IMG/VR virus record: IMGVR_UViG_3300037313_001869
Coordinates: 32,001 to 96,000 of that record
Direction: 5' to 3' (one strand)
Source of the DNA: a virus
Taxonomy: Duplodnaviria; Caudoviricetes
Length of the DNA stretch: 64,000 nucleotides
Made by a program: the position numbers and the translations under genes
Notes under the pieces: model-generated
Databases searched by the model: none
Seen by the model: the letters and a program-made list of their open reading frames with translations, nothing else
Told to the model about the DNA's origin: nothing
In this document: in pieces, positions 48,942 through 59,181 of the stretch
Layout of the letters: each line of letters opens with the position of its first letter
Numbering within the stretch: the first letter of the stretch is position 1

Positions 48942-49721
48942 ATGCAGGTACTCAGGGAAGGCGACACGGGCGACCTCGTCACGCAGTGGCAGAACTTCCT
49001 GGTAGGGCTCGGTCTGGAGCTGTGCTCCACCGGCGAGTTCGACGCCGTGACGACCGACTCGACCAAGATGTTCCAGAAGAACAACGGCCTCGTGGCGGAC
49101 GGGGTCGTGGGGCGCGGTACCTGGGCAAAAGCCGTCTTTCTCGGCTTCGGCGAGATGACCGATGCACAGCCGGACCAGGCGTCCCCCGCCTTCCCCCCGA
49201 AGCCGGACTTCCCTGCTCTCTCGGCGCAGGGGCGGGCCGAGGTGTTCGGCGCCTTCTCGTTCAAGCCGGCTCCGACCGACAGCAACCCCGAGGGCATCCA
49301 GCTTCTCGACGACTGGGCGAAGAAGAATCTCGTCTCGGTCGTGGTGCCCCAGCTCGTCGGCGTCCCTGGGGCCCCCTCGGACGGCAAGGTTCTCTTTCAC
49401 CGGCTCGCGGCGGGTCAGCTCGTCAGCCTCTTTCAGGCGTGGGACGACGCCGGGCTCATGGGCCGCGTTCTCTCGTGGGCAGGCTCGTACGCCCCTCGGT
49501 TCATCCGGGGCAGCCGTACGGTGCTCAGCAACCACGCCTACGCTTCGGCCTTCGACATCAACGCCACCTGGAACGGCCTCGGCAAAGAGCCGGCGCTCGT
49601 CGGTCAGCGTGGGTCGGTTCGCCTGCTCGTGCCCCTGGCCAACGAGCACGGCTTCTTCTGGGGCGGGCACTTCCCGAACAGGCCGGACGGGATGCACTTC
49701 GAGGTCGCGAAGGTGCTCTGA
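48942..49721 (+). CDS. endolysin: PG-binding domain + M15 peptidase
   Basis: ADGVVGRGTW; SNHAYASAFD and DGMHFE zinc motifs. Confidence 0.9.
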   Translation: MQVLREGDTGDLVTQWQNFLVGLGLELCSTGEFDAVTTDSTKMFQKNNGLVADGVVGRGTWAKAVFLGFGEMTDAQPDQASPAFPPKPDFPALSAQGRAEVFGAFSFKPAPTDSNPEGIQLLDDWAKKNLVSVVVPQLVGVPGAPSDGKVLFHRLAAGQLVSLFQAWDDAGLMGRVLSWAGSYAPRFIRGSRTVLSNHAYASAFDINATWNGLGKEPALVGQRGSVRLLVPLANEHGFFWGGHFPNRPDGMHFEVAKVL

Positions 49722-50125
49722 TGCCGACCCTCGGTCCTTTGCCCGACCTCGACTTCGATAGCGCCTTGCCGTCAAGTCCGCCCGAGTACGGCGGCCTGAC
49801 GGCCTGGTTGACCCCAGACGGGCGCGTCTCGGCCGTCCCTGTCTCTGGCCTGACCCACATCGGCCGGCTCGCTCCTATGCCCTCCTCCGCCACGCTGCTG
49901 CCCGTTCGGATCACCCCGCCCATGCCGACGACCGAAGAGACCTGGGACGCGCTCGTGCGATCCATCGAAGAGGTCAAGGCCGGCCGGCCACCTCGAACCG
50001 AACTCGAACATGCCTTGGCCGAGGCTATGCGTCGCAACCGGGAACGAGCCGAACAAGAGGCACAGGCAGAGATTTCACGGCCCACGCGACATGACCGGCT
50101 CGCCTCGGGCGACGATATCCTGTAA
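49721..50125 (+). CDS. hypothetical protein with RHDR tag
   Basis: TGATG overlap; ends PTRHDRLASGDDIL. Confidence 0.7.
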   Translation: MPTLGPLPDLDFDSALPSSPPEYGGLTAWLTPDGRVSAVPVSGLTHIGRLAPMPSSATLLPVRITPPMPTTEETWDALVRSIEEVKAGRPPRTELEHALAEAMRRNRERAEQEAQAEISRPTRHDRLASGDDIL

Positions 50126-50136
50126 GATCGGCGTCC

Positions 50137-50364
50137 GTGACCCTCGCGGACGAGATCGAGCACGACTGGCGCTTCACCCTCCTTCGGCCGTTCCCGAAGC
50201 CGCACAGGGAGGAGCGTGACCCGAACGCCCCTCCGAAGTCGATGATGGAGCAGGTTTTCGAGGACCTGTCGAGGAAGATCGCGGCGGAGCTAGACGAGGA
50301 GATCCTGGGGTCGATTCCGGAGCTTCCCGTCTACCCCTCCCGCTTCGAGCGCCTCGCCGCCTAA
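50137..50364 (+). CDS. small protein with RFER tag
   Basis: Ends YPSRFERLAA-TAA. Confidence 0.7.
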   Translation: MTLADEIEHDWRFTLLRPFPKPHREERDPNAPPKSMMEQVFEDLSRKIAAELDEEILGSIPELPVYPSRFERLAA

Positions 50365-51288
50365 GAGCCCGTCCATCACCATGCTGAGCAGGGCCATGCG
50401 GACGTAGAGCCCGTTCTGGACCTGGGTGAAGTACCGGGCCCGGGGGTCCTGGTCGATGGCCTTGTCGATCTCGCTCACCCGGGGCAGCGGGTGCAAGATC
50501 ATGGCGTCGGGCTTCATGGACTGGACCATGGGCAGGGTGAGGTTGCACGAGTCCTTGACGGCCGCGTAGGACTCTTCGTTGGCGAAGCGCTCCTTCTGCA
50601 CCCTCGTGATGTAGAACACGTCGGCGTATTCGAGCGCGTCGCTGAAGCGGCTCGTCAGAACGACGGGGATGTCCTTCGGCAGAAGATCGCGGTACTCGTC
50701 CGGCAGCCGGAGAGACAGGGGGGCGACGAGGTAGAGGGACCGGAGCTTGTACCGGCTGAGGAGCTTCAGAAGCGAGTGGACCGTGCGCCCATTCTTCAGG
50801 TCCCCGACGAACGCCACACTCAGGCCGTCGAGCGACTCCCTCTCGGCCGCGATCGTGTAGAGGTCGAGAAGGGCCTGGGTCGGGTGCTCGCCGATGCCGT
50901 CACCTGCGTTGATGACCGGCACCGGCGAGACCTCGGCCGCCCGGGCCGCCGCGCCCATCTCGGGGTGCCGGAGCACGATGGCATCGGCGTACTGGCCGAG
51001 CGTCATGATCGTGTCTTCGAGCGTCTCGCCCTTGGTCACGCTCGAAAACTGCACGCCCTGGGTGATCGGGATGACCGAGCCCCCGAGCCTCGTCATGGCT
51101 GCGATGAACGACGACGAGGTCCGGGTCGAGGGCTCGTAGAACAGGCACGCCAGCACCCGGCGCCGCAGCCGATCGGAGCTGTGGTAGCGCGTGACCATCT
51201 GGGCCATCTCGCGCGTGCGGGTGAAGACCTCTTTGATGTGGTCGTTCGTGAACTGGTCGACGCTGAGGATGTGCTTGAGCTTCTCCAT
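50362..51288 (-). CDS. pyrB: aspartate carbamoyltransferase catalytic subunit (ends at TTA)
   Basis: FYEPSTRT, KGETLED, HPTQALLD, HPLPR, QVQNGLYVRMALL; 308 aa if TTA is a stop. Confidence 0.95.
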
Positions 51289-51815
51289 CATTCCTCCGGC
51301 AGGCGGCTGATCTTCCAGAACTTCGAGAACGAGTCTTGAGGCTTCTTCTCCCACCCGGGCCGCTGACCGGTACAGGTGACGAGCCACTTCGAGGGATGAA
51401 GCTTCTGGGGCCGCTTGAACCGGGCCTCGTCATCGGAGAGCTTCGAGATGGCCTCGGCGTCGGGCATATAATACTGGACGACCCACTCCTCGGGCCCGCG
51501 CTTCTCCACGATCTTCCACATGTTCTGGTTGATGCAGAGGTGCTCGCCCTTCTTGCCTCCGAAACCGTGGCCGTCCTCGAAGACCGTGATCGGCTCTCCC
51601 TCCCCCGTCTCGACCAGATCGTACCAAGGGTAGCTGTGCGAGACCGGCGGCGGGTCGGGGTAGACCGTCTTGCCTTCGAGGATGCGCTGAAAGAGCGGCG
51701 AGTGCGCCAGGTCCACAGCGAATCGGTGCGCCCTGTCGGGGTACATGCCGTAGCGCTGGCGGTATTCGAGCCAGCGGGTCACGGCCTTGATGACCTTGTC
51801 GGTGGAGTCGTCCAT
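51288..51815 (-). CDS. hypothetical protein
   Basis: CGGTGTC 10 nt upstream; TGATG overlap with pyrB. Confidence 0.75.
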   Translation of the reverse strand: MDDSTDKVIKAVTRWLEYRQRYGMYPDRAHRFAVDLAHSPLFQRILEGKTVYPDPPPVSHSYPWYDLVETGEGEPITVFEDGHGFGGKKGEHLCINQNMWKIVEKRGPEEWVVQYYMPDAEAISKLSDDEARFKRPQKLHPSKWLVTCTGQRPGWEKKPQDSFSKFWKISRLPEE

Positions 51816-51822
51816 GGCGTCC

Positions 51823-52575
51823 TAAGACACCGAGAGCGAGCGCGTCGATTCGGCCATAGAGCGGGTCGAGGCCGTTCATCTCGTTTCGCACGAGGTGGCC
51901 GAAGTCCTCGTCCGGGATGCCCGTCGACTCGGCTTCCGAGGCGTGGCTTCTCCAGCTCTCGTCGTTCTTCTTCGGAGGAGGGGCGAGCACGCGCCAGGTC
52001 TGTCCGCCCTCGTCCTCGATGGCCCCCATCTCGTTCCGGAAGCGCATGTCGGGGATCACGATACCCTTGGGGGTCTCGTACCCGCCTCGATCGTACGGCC
52101 ACTGAAGGAGTCCCTGGGTGTGGTGGTAGCCGTACTTCCCCCCAGGCGAGAGAACCTTGCGGGCGATGTTGAAGGCGTAGTTGACCCAGGTATCCTCGAA
52201 GCAGGTTCGGCCAAATTCCGTTCCCAACTTTTGCAAAGCTTCGCGCGGCGTGAGGTAGGTCATGCGAAGATGGCACTTGGGGCACGCCAGGCCCTCGTAC
52301 TCCAGATGTTCGAGCACCATGTGCTCCGGGGCCCTCTTCACCCCCGCCTGGGCGCACCAGGGGCACACCTTCCACTTCGGGTAGCGCAGGTCGGGCACGC
52401 TCCGAAGCTCCGACGGCCCCCAGAGCTGCTCTTCGCTGAAGTCGTAGACCTCGCGGCAGTAGCGCTTCAGGGGGTCAGCGAAGGCGATCTTGGCGAAGCC
52501 GTGGTGGTTGACGAGCCGGTCGGCAATCGTGTCCTTGCCCGACCCGGCGGGCCCCGAGATTCCTACGATCCTCAT
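51823..52575 (-). CDS. deoxynucleoside monophosphate kinase with Zn-finger insert (ends at TTA)
   Basis: GPAGSGKDT, FADPLK, TPREALQKLGTE, PDMRFRNE, HASE. Confidence 0.88.
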
Positions 52576-52581
52576 CTGGTC

Positions 52582-53901
52582 CTATTTGGTCCCTTCTGGA
52601 CCGACCACCTCCACGCTCCCAGCCAGCGTCGTCTTCAGGTGAAAGCGAGTGCCGAGCTTGTAGCGCCCGAACTCATCGACCGTACTCGGCCGGTGGGTGT
52701 AGCTGTGGTCCTTGTCCGAGAAGGTGACCTGATAGAAAGCTTCGCGGCTCTCCCGCTCACGCTCCTCACCGACACACCCCTCGTTCAGGCGGACCTCTTC
52801 GGCCGTCGGCCAGCGGGTCTCGGTCGTGGCCCCTGAGACGGGCACGCTCCTCTGCCGCCCCCACCCCCACACGTCCCACCCGAAGAAGTCGTAGTAGACC
52901 GGGTCGTCGCGGTAACGGGGCACCTGCCTCGTCCTCGGCTCATCGCAGTACCGGGGGGTGCAGCTCCTCGGCCTTCCTCCGGAGCACTGCCTCCCCCCGC
53001 CGCTGCACTGCTGGCCCCCGCCCGAGCAAACCCGGTCGCCTCCCGTACAAGAGGCGTAGCCGTTCTTGTTGCTTGTGCAGTTCCTCGGGGTCGTCGTGCA
53101 AGTCGGGGGTACCGTCACGCACGTCCTCGGTACGTCCACGCACGTAGGGGCGATCTCGGGGGTGCAGTCTTCGCCGCACCTCACCCGCTCGGAGTAGTGC
53201 TCGGTATCGTAATGGTCGAGAACGTGGTCGCTGTGGTGGTAGCGCTTGCCGAGGTTCTGGACGTTGAAGGACCCCGCCTCGGGCGTGAAGCCCTCGCGGT
53301 GGAAGACCTTCCAGCGGTCGACATGGATCGTGTGGCGCCAGGTGACCGCAGAGACCACGCCCACCACATCCCGCTGCCGGATGAAGATGCCGTAGCCCCC
53401 AACGCACATGGAGAGGAAGCCGAGCAGGAGAAGAAACGGGCCCCAGTTCCGCCTCTCGGGTGGGGTTGGAACCTGAAACCGTGGCCTCTCTTCTTCTTTC
53501 GGGGCGGACTTCGGTACCGGCGTCACCCGGCCAGGCTTGCCGTAGCCTCCGGTGGGCGGAAATGGGTCCCCGGCGAGCTGGGCCTTGACCTCGGCCCCCG
53601 TGCCCGAGATGCTCTTGCCCTTCGTGCTCATGTCCTGGTCGGCCCCGCATTGCTCGCAGGTACCATCGAGCTTCCGGCGCATCGAGCCACAGAACTTGCA
53701 CTTCCAGTCGGCTCCAGCCTTGGCGTGGCGGAGCTGCTCTTGGTCGGTCACGGCCGCCGCAGGCGAATCATCGTCAGGCATGAAGAAGCCGTCTTCTTCG
53801 GTCTTCGGCCGGCCACACTTCTGGCACTCCTTGTGGCGGCCTTTGTTGACGTGGCCCTCGGCTGGACAGCGCCAGAGCATCTCGATCTGGTATTCAGGCA
53901 T
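52582..53901 (-). CDS. membrane protein with N-terminal zinc ribbons and Cys-rich extracellular domain
   Basis: WxC...CxxC repeats, one TM helix, CxxxxxxC and CSGG repeats. Confidence 0.8.
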   Translation of the reverse strand: MPEYQIEMLWRCPAEGHVNKGRHKECQKCGRPKTEEDGFFMPDDDSPAAAVTDQEQLRHAKAGADWKCKFCGSMRRKLDGTCEQCGADQDMSTKGKSISGTGAEVKAQLAGDPFPPTGGYGKPGRVTPVPKSAPKEEERPRFQVPTPPERRNWGPFLLLLGFLSMCVGGYGIFIRQRDVVGVVSAVTWRHTIHVDRWKVFHREGFTPEAGSFNVQNLGKRYHHSDHVLDHYDTEHYSERVRCGEDCTPEIAPTCVDVPRTCVTVPPTCTTTPRNCTSNKNGYASCTGGDRVCSGGGQQCSGGGRQCSGGRPRSCTPRYCDEPRTRQVPRYRDDPVYYDFFGWDVWGWGRQRSVPVSGATTETRWPTAEEVRLNEGCVGEERERESREAFYQVTFSDKDHSYTHRPSTVDEFGRYKLGTRFHLKTTLAGSVEVVGPEGTK

Positions 53902-53977
53902 GGGGTTGCCTCCTAGACACCGTCAGGGCAACGAAAGGCCAACCGTCCCTCCCGATGCCTTTCGGAGACCCCCGCCC

Positions 53978-54523
53978 ATGTCCTCTGTCACCGTGCTGAT
54001 GCGCCGCGACTACCAGCTCGTCGAGCAAGCGCTCCCCCGAGACACCCTGGTCATTCAGGTCCCGACCGAGTACGGCTGGGGCTCACCCGACGGCAACCTT
54101 TACGGCGTCGAGATCGAAGAGGTGCTCCCTCCCTCCCGAGGGCTCCGAAGCTACCGCCGCGAAGCCCGAGCCCAGACCGAGAAGCGCTACCGCCTCCGGT
54201 TCTCCGAAAGCTCCGCCCGGTACGTCCGAGCGATTCGCGGGCCGCTAGAGAAGTTCGTGATGGAGCGACGGAAGAAGGCCGATGTTCGAGAGTACGTCGA
54301 GATCGAGGTGAAAGCCTGCCGGCTCGGCGACCTCCCCGAAGGTGCCCACGCCCTTCTCGAACACCGCGACGAGGACGACGATTTCTCGTGGGAAGCCCTC
54401 CGCGTCCACCGAGTGCCCCCGACCCGCAAGCAGGTGGAGAAGGCCGAAGGCAAGATCCGCTACAAGCAGCGGGCCTACCTCCGGCTCCCGACTCGGTACG
54501 ATCGCCTCAGCGCCGAGGACTTA
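53978..54523 (+). CDS. hypothetical protein with RYDR tag (ends at TTA)
   Basis: Ends PTRYDRLSAED then TTA at 54521, coinciding with convergent TAA. Confidence 0.7.
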
Positions 54524-56209
54524 GTCGAGCCCCGGGGGCAGCGCCACGGGCGTTTCGTCCCCGCCCTCGATGGCGGCCATGTCCTCGGGCACCCGCCCTT
54601 CCTTCACGAGCCGGGCGACCATCTTCGCGAGCTGAGCCCGCCGGGTATCGTCGAGCGATCCGCCCTTGGTCGGGTTCGGAAGGCGCGTGGTCAGGTAGAG
54701 GGCCTCGACGAGCGTGATCTGGGAAGGGGCTTCGGAAAGGAGCTTCTTCGCCGCGGGCCCGATCCCGTAGATGTTCGGCCCGAACTCGACCACGTTCAGG
54801 TACGTTTCGAGGATCTGCTCTTTCGTCAGGCACGATTCGAGCGCGAAGGTGAGAAACGCCTCCTGAGCTTTGCGCCCGAGCGTCCGCTCCCTCCGAAGCC
54901 AGAGATTCTTCGCGAGCTGCATCGTGAGGGTCGATCCCCCACGCACTACCTTGCCCGCCTTCACGTTCTCGATGAGCGAGTTCTCGTAGGCTTGCCGGAT
55001 AAAACCCCGATGGACGAAGAAGCCCGGGTCTTCCGTATTCGTGAGCGCCATGGCCATCGTCGGGCTCACGTCCCCCAAGGGTACCCACTCGGCCGTTGCG
55101 GGCCCGGTCGTACGCTCGAAGGGCTGCCCTCCCTTGTCGTAGGCCACGTAGGTGAAGCGCTTGCGGAGCGTCTGGGCGAAGCCCAAGGGGGCACAGGCGG
55201 CCTTGCACGTCATGTCGAGCGAGAGCTTGGGCTTTTCCCCGGCGTCGACCTTCGCCCGGATGTCGCCCGAGAGCTGGAGGCTCGCAAAGGGGGCCGGGGC
55301 CTTCAGCTCGTCCGGGAGAAGCCCGAGCCAGTCCTGGCACGACCCGGCGGCCTCCACCGTCTTCGCCTTGGCGTCAACCGCAAGCCGGACCGAAGCCCGC
55401 TCGACCCAGAGCTTGCCTGCCGGATCGAAGGTCACCCGCAGATCGTGGGACGTGAGAGATTCGGAAGAAAGCGCCGGACTCTCTACTGTGGCCCTCTTCG
55501 CCACGGCAACGAGCTGGCCCCCCTCCTCAGTAACCGTTGCCTCCTCGGCCAAGGCAGCGAAGGGGTAGGGCACCTTCGGGCTCGGGGGGCGGTTCTCGAT
55601 CGAGAGTTGCCCCACGGTGGCCTTCCGCTCCTTCGGCAGAACCCGTACGTCCGCGGAGGAGACCATCGGTACCCCAGGCCCGATGGCCAGCGCCGTCGTG
55701 AGCACGACCTCGGTGCCGTCCGTCCGGGCCCAGCCTTCGCCGAAGAGAACCGTCTGGTAGCCGTGCTCGGTGAGCGGCGGATAGAGGACCTTGGCCCCCT
55801 CGAACGAGACCCGGCCCTCTTCGTAGGCGACGCCCTGAAAGCGCACCTCGGCGCCGTCCTTGCGGACCGTGACGGTCATTGCCCGCGCTGTCACCTGGTA
55901 GCCGCTGGCCGTGGTGCCTGAGCCCGCCTTCCTTGCCCCAGGGTCGACCACGAACGAGCCCCCCTCGGCCACAACGTGCTTGTCCCAGGAGCAGAAGACG
56001 CTCTCGGCCCGGCCCTGGACCCAGGGCTTTGTCACCGACACGCCGCGGAGGGTAAGCCCCTTCTGCCCGACCGAGAGCGCCTCGACCTGGAAGTCAGGCC
56101 CCAGATTTTTTCGCACGTAGGCGAGGGATATCGCGGGGGCGGCGACATAGAAGACGACAAGCGACCCGACGAGCAGGCCGACGACATAAAACAGGCGTTT
56201 TGCGTTCAT
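54521..56209 (-). CDS. peptidoglycan glycosyltransferase (GT51, monofunctional type)
   Basis: TEDPGFFVHRG, RGGSTLTMQLAKNL, RKAQE, YLNVVEFG; N-terminal TM; no transpeptidase domain. Confidence 0.9.
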   Translation of the reverse strand: MNAKRLFYVVGLLVGSLVVFYVAAPAISLAYVRKNLGPDFQVEALSVGQKGLTLRGVSVTKPWVQGRAESVFCSWDKHVVAEGGSFVVDPGARKAGSGTTASGYQVTARAMTVTVRKDGAEVRFQGVAYEEGRVSFEGAKVLYPPLTEHGYQTVLFGEGWARTDGTEVVLTTALAIGPGVPMVSSADVRVLPKERKATVGQLSIENRPPSPKVPYPFAALAEEATVTEEGGQLVAVAKRATVESPALSSESLTSHDLRVTFDPAGKLWVERASVRLAVDAKAKTVEAAGSCQDWLGLLPDELKAPAPFASLQLSGDIRAKVDAGEKPKLSLDMTCKAACAPLGFAQTLRKRFTYVAYDKGGQPFERTTGPATAEWVPLGDVSPTMAMALTNTEDPGFFVHRGFIRQAYENSLIENVKAGKVVRGGSTLTMQLAKNLWLRRERTLGRKAQEAFLTFALESCLTKEQILETYLNVVEFGPNIYGIGPAAKKLLSEAPSQITLVEALYLTTRLPNPTKGGSLDDTRRAQLAKMVARLVKEGRVPEDMAAIEGGDETPVALPPGLD

Positions 56210-56221
56210 CGCCCCCCTGGT

Positions 56222-56276
56222 TACACCGCCCCGCGCCCGGCCCGTACTTTTCCTGTGCATCGTGAGAGCCGGTGTA
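56222..56276. promoter_or_regulatory. divergent pair of CGGTGTA motifs
   Basis: Minus copy 56222-56228 serves GT51; plus copy 56270-56276 serves rSAM. Confidence 0.7.
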
Positions 56277-56289
56277 AGAGACTGGCACG

Positions 56290-57492
56290 ATGCGCTCCAT
56301 GGAACTCCGCCTCAACGACCAGCTTCTCTACCATTCGACCTTCGACCCAGCGACGGGCAACCTCGTCCGCGCGGTCGAGATCGGCGAGAGGTACGATTCG
56401 CCGTGGGATGTGCATGGCAAGTCCGACGAGGACAAGGCGTGGAAGGCACGCTACGGCTACCGCCACGGGCCGTTCTCGCCCTCGCCGGAGCTGGTGGACA
56501 TCGCCATCACCGACAAATGCTACATGGGCTGCACCTACTGCTACCAGGACAGCCGCCCGAAGCGCGACCACGCCCCGAAGGAGCTGGTCGAGAAGATGAT
56601 CCAAGGCTTCGATTACGCCCCTTACCAGGTCGCGATCGGCGGCGGCGAGCCGACGCTTCACCCTGATCTGCCCTACATCCTGCGGCGGGCACGGGAGCTG
56701 GGCTCGGTACCCAACTACACGACCGCGGGCGATCAGATCCGCGAGGACGTGATCGAGGCGACCAACGAGGTCTGCGGCGGCGTCGCCATGACCTACCACA
56801 GCTTCAAGGGCATCGACTGGTTCGTCTCGCACTACCAGGCCCTTCGCGACCGGCTGAAGGTCCAGCTCAACGTCCACCTCATCGCTGACAAGGACGTGGC
56901 CACGAACCTGCTCGCGCTCTGTTCCCGGTACAAGGAACTCGGGCGGCTCCGGCTCGTCCTGCTCGCCTACTACCCTGACGTGGGCCGGGCGTCGATGGAC
57001 CGGCTCCTCGCCAAGCGTACGTACATGAAGGACCTGCCCGAGGCGATCAAGTTCGCCCGCGTCTCGGGCTTCGACATTGCCTTCAGCGAGGGGCTCCTTC
57101 CCTTCTTCCTCTCGCGCCCCGGTCTCGGGGTCGAGACGAAGTTCGCGATGGCCGTCGAGGGCAAGTTCTCGTGCTACTTCGACACGCGCGGCCGGATCGC
57201 GGTATCGAGCTTCGACCACCGGGGCCTCAACTGGGAGCGCGACGACGAGGTTCGCCCTACGGTCTTCACCCACAGCTCGCAGAGCATGTGGGACAAACTC
57301 TGGGGGAGCCACACCAGCCCTCGGGGCGACGCCTGCTACGACTGCGCCCAGCGGCCGAGGTGCGCGACGCCCCACGACTTCCACTACTTCGTCTGCGCCT
57401 TCGCCCAGCACAACCAGACGCCGCTCCGCGAGCCCGACGTGACCCCCGAAACCGCCCACGACCGCGTCCTCAAGGACGACGAGGTGATCTGA
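56290..57492 (+). CDS. radical SAM protein
   Basis: CYMGCTYC, GGGEP; C-terminal Cys cluster. Confidence 0.92.
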   Translation: MRSMELRLNDQLLYHSTFDPATGNLVRAVEIGERYDSPWDVHGKSDEDKAWKARYGYRHGPFSPSPELVDIAITDKCYMGCTYCYQDSRPKRDHAPKELVEKMIQGFDYAPYQVAIGGGEPTLHPDLPYILRRARELGSVPNYTTAGDQIREDVIEATNEVCGGVAMTYHSFKGIDWFVSHYQALRDRLKVQLNVHLIADKDVATNLLALCSRYKELGRLRLVLLAYYPDVGRASMDRLLAKRTYMKDLPEAIKFARVSGFDIAFSEGLLPFFLSRPGLGVETKFAMAVEGKFSCYFDTRGRIAVSSFDHRGLNWERDDEVRPTVFTHSSQSMWDKLWGSHTSPRGDACYDCAQRPRCATPHDFHYFVCAFAQHNQTPLREPDVTPETAHDRVLKDDEVI

Positions 57493-57881
57493 TGCCTCTC
57501 CTTCTCTCCATCAACACGAGCTTCATCACCAACAGCAGCTCGGCCGTTCACCACTTCCCGCGCGAGCTTCTGAACGACCCGTCCATCCGGGCCTTCATCG
57601 CGGCGTTCGAGCTGGATGGCGGCGTCATCGGCTCGGACATGTGGTCGCGTGACCTCTGCACGACCGTGGCCATGACCCCCGAGCAAAAACAGGAGGTCCT
57701 CTCCAAGCTCGTCACGGGTTCGGAGTATTGCAGCCCTCCGTCCATCCAGACCGACGACGACACGATCCTCATCATCTACGGTGACGAGCACACGAGCGTG
57801 GCCTCGTCGCTCGCGCGGCTGATGGAGTCAGTGGCCGAGAAGCTGGGCATCAAGCTCCAGGGCAGCCAGGAGTACAACTTA
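57492..57881 (+). CDS. NSSS-motif protein (ends at TTA)
   Basis: TGATG overlap with rSAM; SFITNSSS; TTA at 57879 coincides with convergent TAA. Confidence 0.7.
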
Positions 57882-58199
57882 CTCTTCGGGGTCTTCGTCG
57901 TAGAAGCCCCCGCCCCGGTCTTCCCCTTCGAGCACGAGGTAGCCTGGATGCAGGCCCTCGTGGACCTCACGGTGGCATCGGCAGCAAAGGAGCACCGTGC
58001 GGTCCAGCTCGACCTTGACCACGTCCCACTTCTGCCGGGCTGAGATATTGAAGTCCTTCTGCCGAGGGTCGGGGTGGTGAAAGTCAAATCCGGACAGGGA
58101 CTTGTCGTAGCCGCAAATCTGACAGCGACCGCCCTTGTATGCGACGGCTCGTGCCCGAAGCTCCCGCCGCTTTCTCGCTCGGTCCCATCGGTCGGCCAT
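57879..58199 (-). CDS. HNH endonuclease
   Basis: GGRCQICGY...FHH.DP..K...LLCCRCHREVH. Confidence 0.88.
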   Translation of the reverse strand: MADRWDRARKRRELRARAVAYKGGRCQICGYDKSLSGFDFHHPDPRQKDFNISARQKWDVVKVELDRTVLLCCRCHREVHEGLHPGYLVLEGEDRGGGFYDEDPEE

Positions 58200-58245
58200 T
58201 GCCCAAGAGCCCGTCAAAAGCAGGACTATCAGCGACTACCCTACC

Positions 58246-58731
58246 ATGAACCGGGTCCATCTCCCCCTGATCCCGCGCCAGCCGGACGGCCTTTCTGGGC
58301 TGCGGTCGCTCGATAGCCCGTGCGAGCTGTTTCTCCCTGGCGAGCCCATGCCCGAAGGCGAGTGTTTGGGGGACGGACACTACCTCTGCAAGGAGTGCGA
58401 CAACCTCACCATTGCCATGGAAGACAAGCCCTGGTCTCGGTTCACCCGGCTTCTGCTCTACGACCTCGACGGCTACTTGCGCCTGCCCCCGCCTCCGGGA
58501 CCCCGGGCCGAGCCCACGACCATGTGGACCGTGGCCTATGCGTCCGACGTGTGTGGGGGTATGAAGCTTCAGACCTACCGGACGAGGGACGAGGCCCAAG
58601 TCTTCGCCGAGGTCCTTTTCCGCGGGGGAGTGCAGGACGTGATCGTTCGGCAGCTTCCCTCGGACACCTTCGACGCCAAGAACAACGAGCTGCCCGTCTA
58701 CGGGCGGTTCAAGCCCAGGGACATCCTATGA
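58246..58731 (+). CDS. hypothetical protein
   Basis: C..DGHYLCKEC; ends YGRFKPRDIL. Confidence 0.7.
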   Translation: MNRVHLPLIPRQPDGLSGLRSLDSPCELFLPGEPMPEGECLGDGHYLCKECDNLTIAMEDKPWSRFTRLLLYDLDGYLRLPPPPGPRAEPTTMWTVAYASDVCGGMKLQTYRTRDEAQVFAEVLFRGGVQDVIVRQLPSDTFDAKNNELPVYGRFKPRDIL

Positions 58732-59108
58732 TCTGGCTAGTGTTTCTCGGTTTTCTAGTGACCAGCCTCGTCGCCTACCTCGGGTGGAGGCTCTACCGGG
58801 TCGAGGACGCCCTCGCCGAAGCCACCTCGCGGCTCTCGGCCCTCGAAGGCGAACCGGACAAGGCAGGCTCGTACCGAGACGCAGCCCCCAGGTCGTCGGC
58901 CCCCGCTCCGGCGCCTACGCCCGCTCCTACCCCCGGGCGGCAACCCCTATCGGGTAGGCCGTCCCACTGCCCGGCGTGTGGCGCCATGATCGCTTCTTTC
59001 GACACCTCCCTCTGCAAGGGATGCAGCGAGTACCGGGGTAAACCGCACCTGCACTTCCGGTGCTCCTGCGGCTATTTTGACCTGTACCGGACGGTCCAGG
59101 CGATCTGA
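58728..59108 (+). CDS. membrane-anchored zinc-finger protein
   Basis: N-terminal TM; CPACG...HLHFRCSCG. Confidence 0.7.
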   Translation: MIWLVFLGFLVTSLVAYLGWRLYRVEDALAEATSRLSALEGEPDKAGSYRDAAPRSSAPAPAPTPAPTPGRQPLSGRPSHCPACGAMIASFDTSLCKGCSEYRGKPHLHFRCSCGYFDLYRTVQAI

Positions 59109-59181
59109 GCCACGAAAGACTAGACGGGGAAGTTGGCCCCGACTACCCTGGTGGGTTCTGCTAGCGCCTAGGAGGTAGCTC

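Noticed and set aside
53552-55921. 789-aa plus-strand ORF
   Set aside because: Real portion is 53978-54523; the flanks are antisense shadows of the Cys-rich protein and GT51
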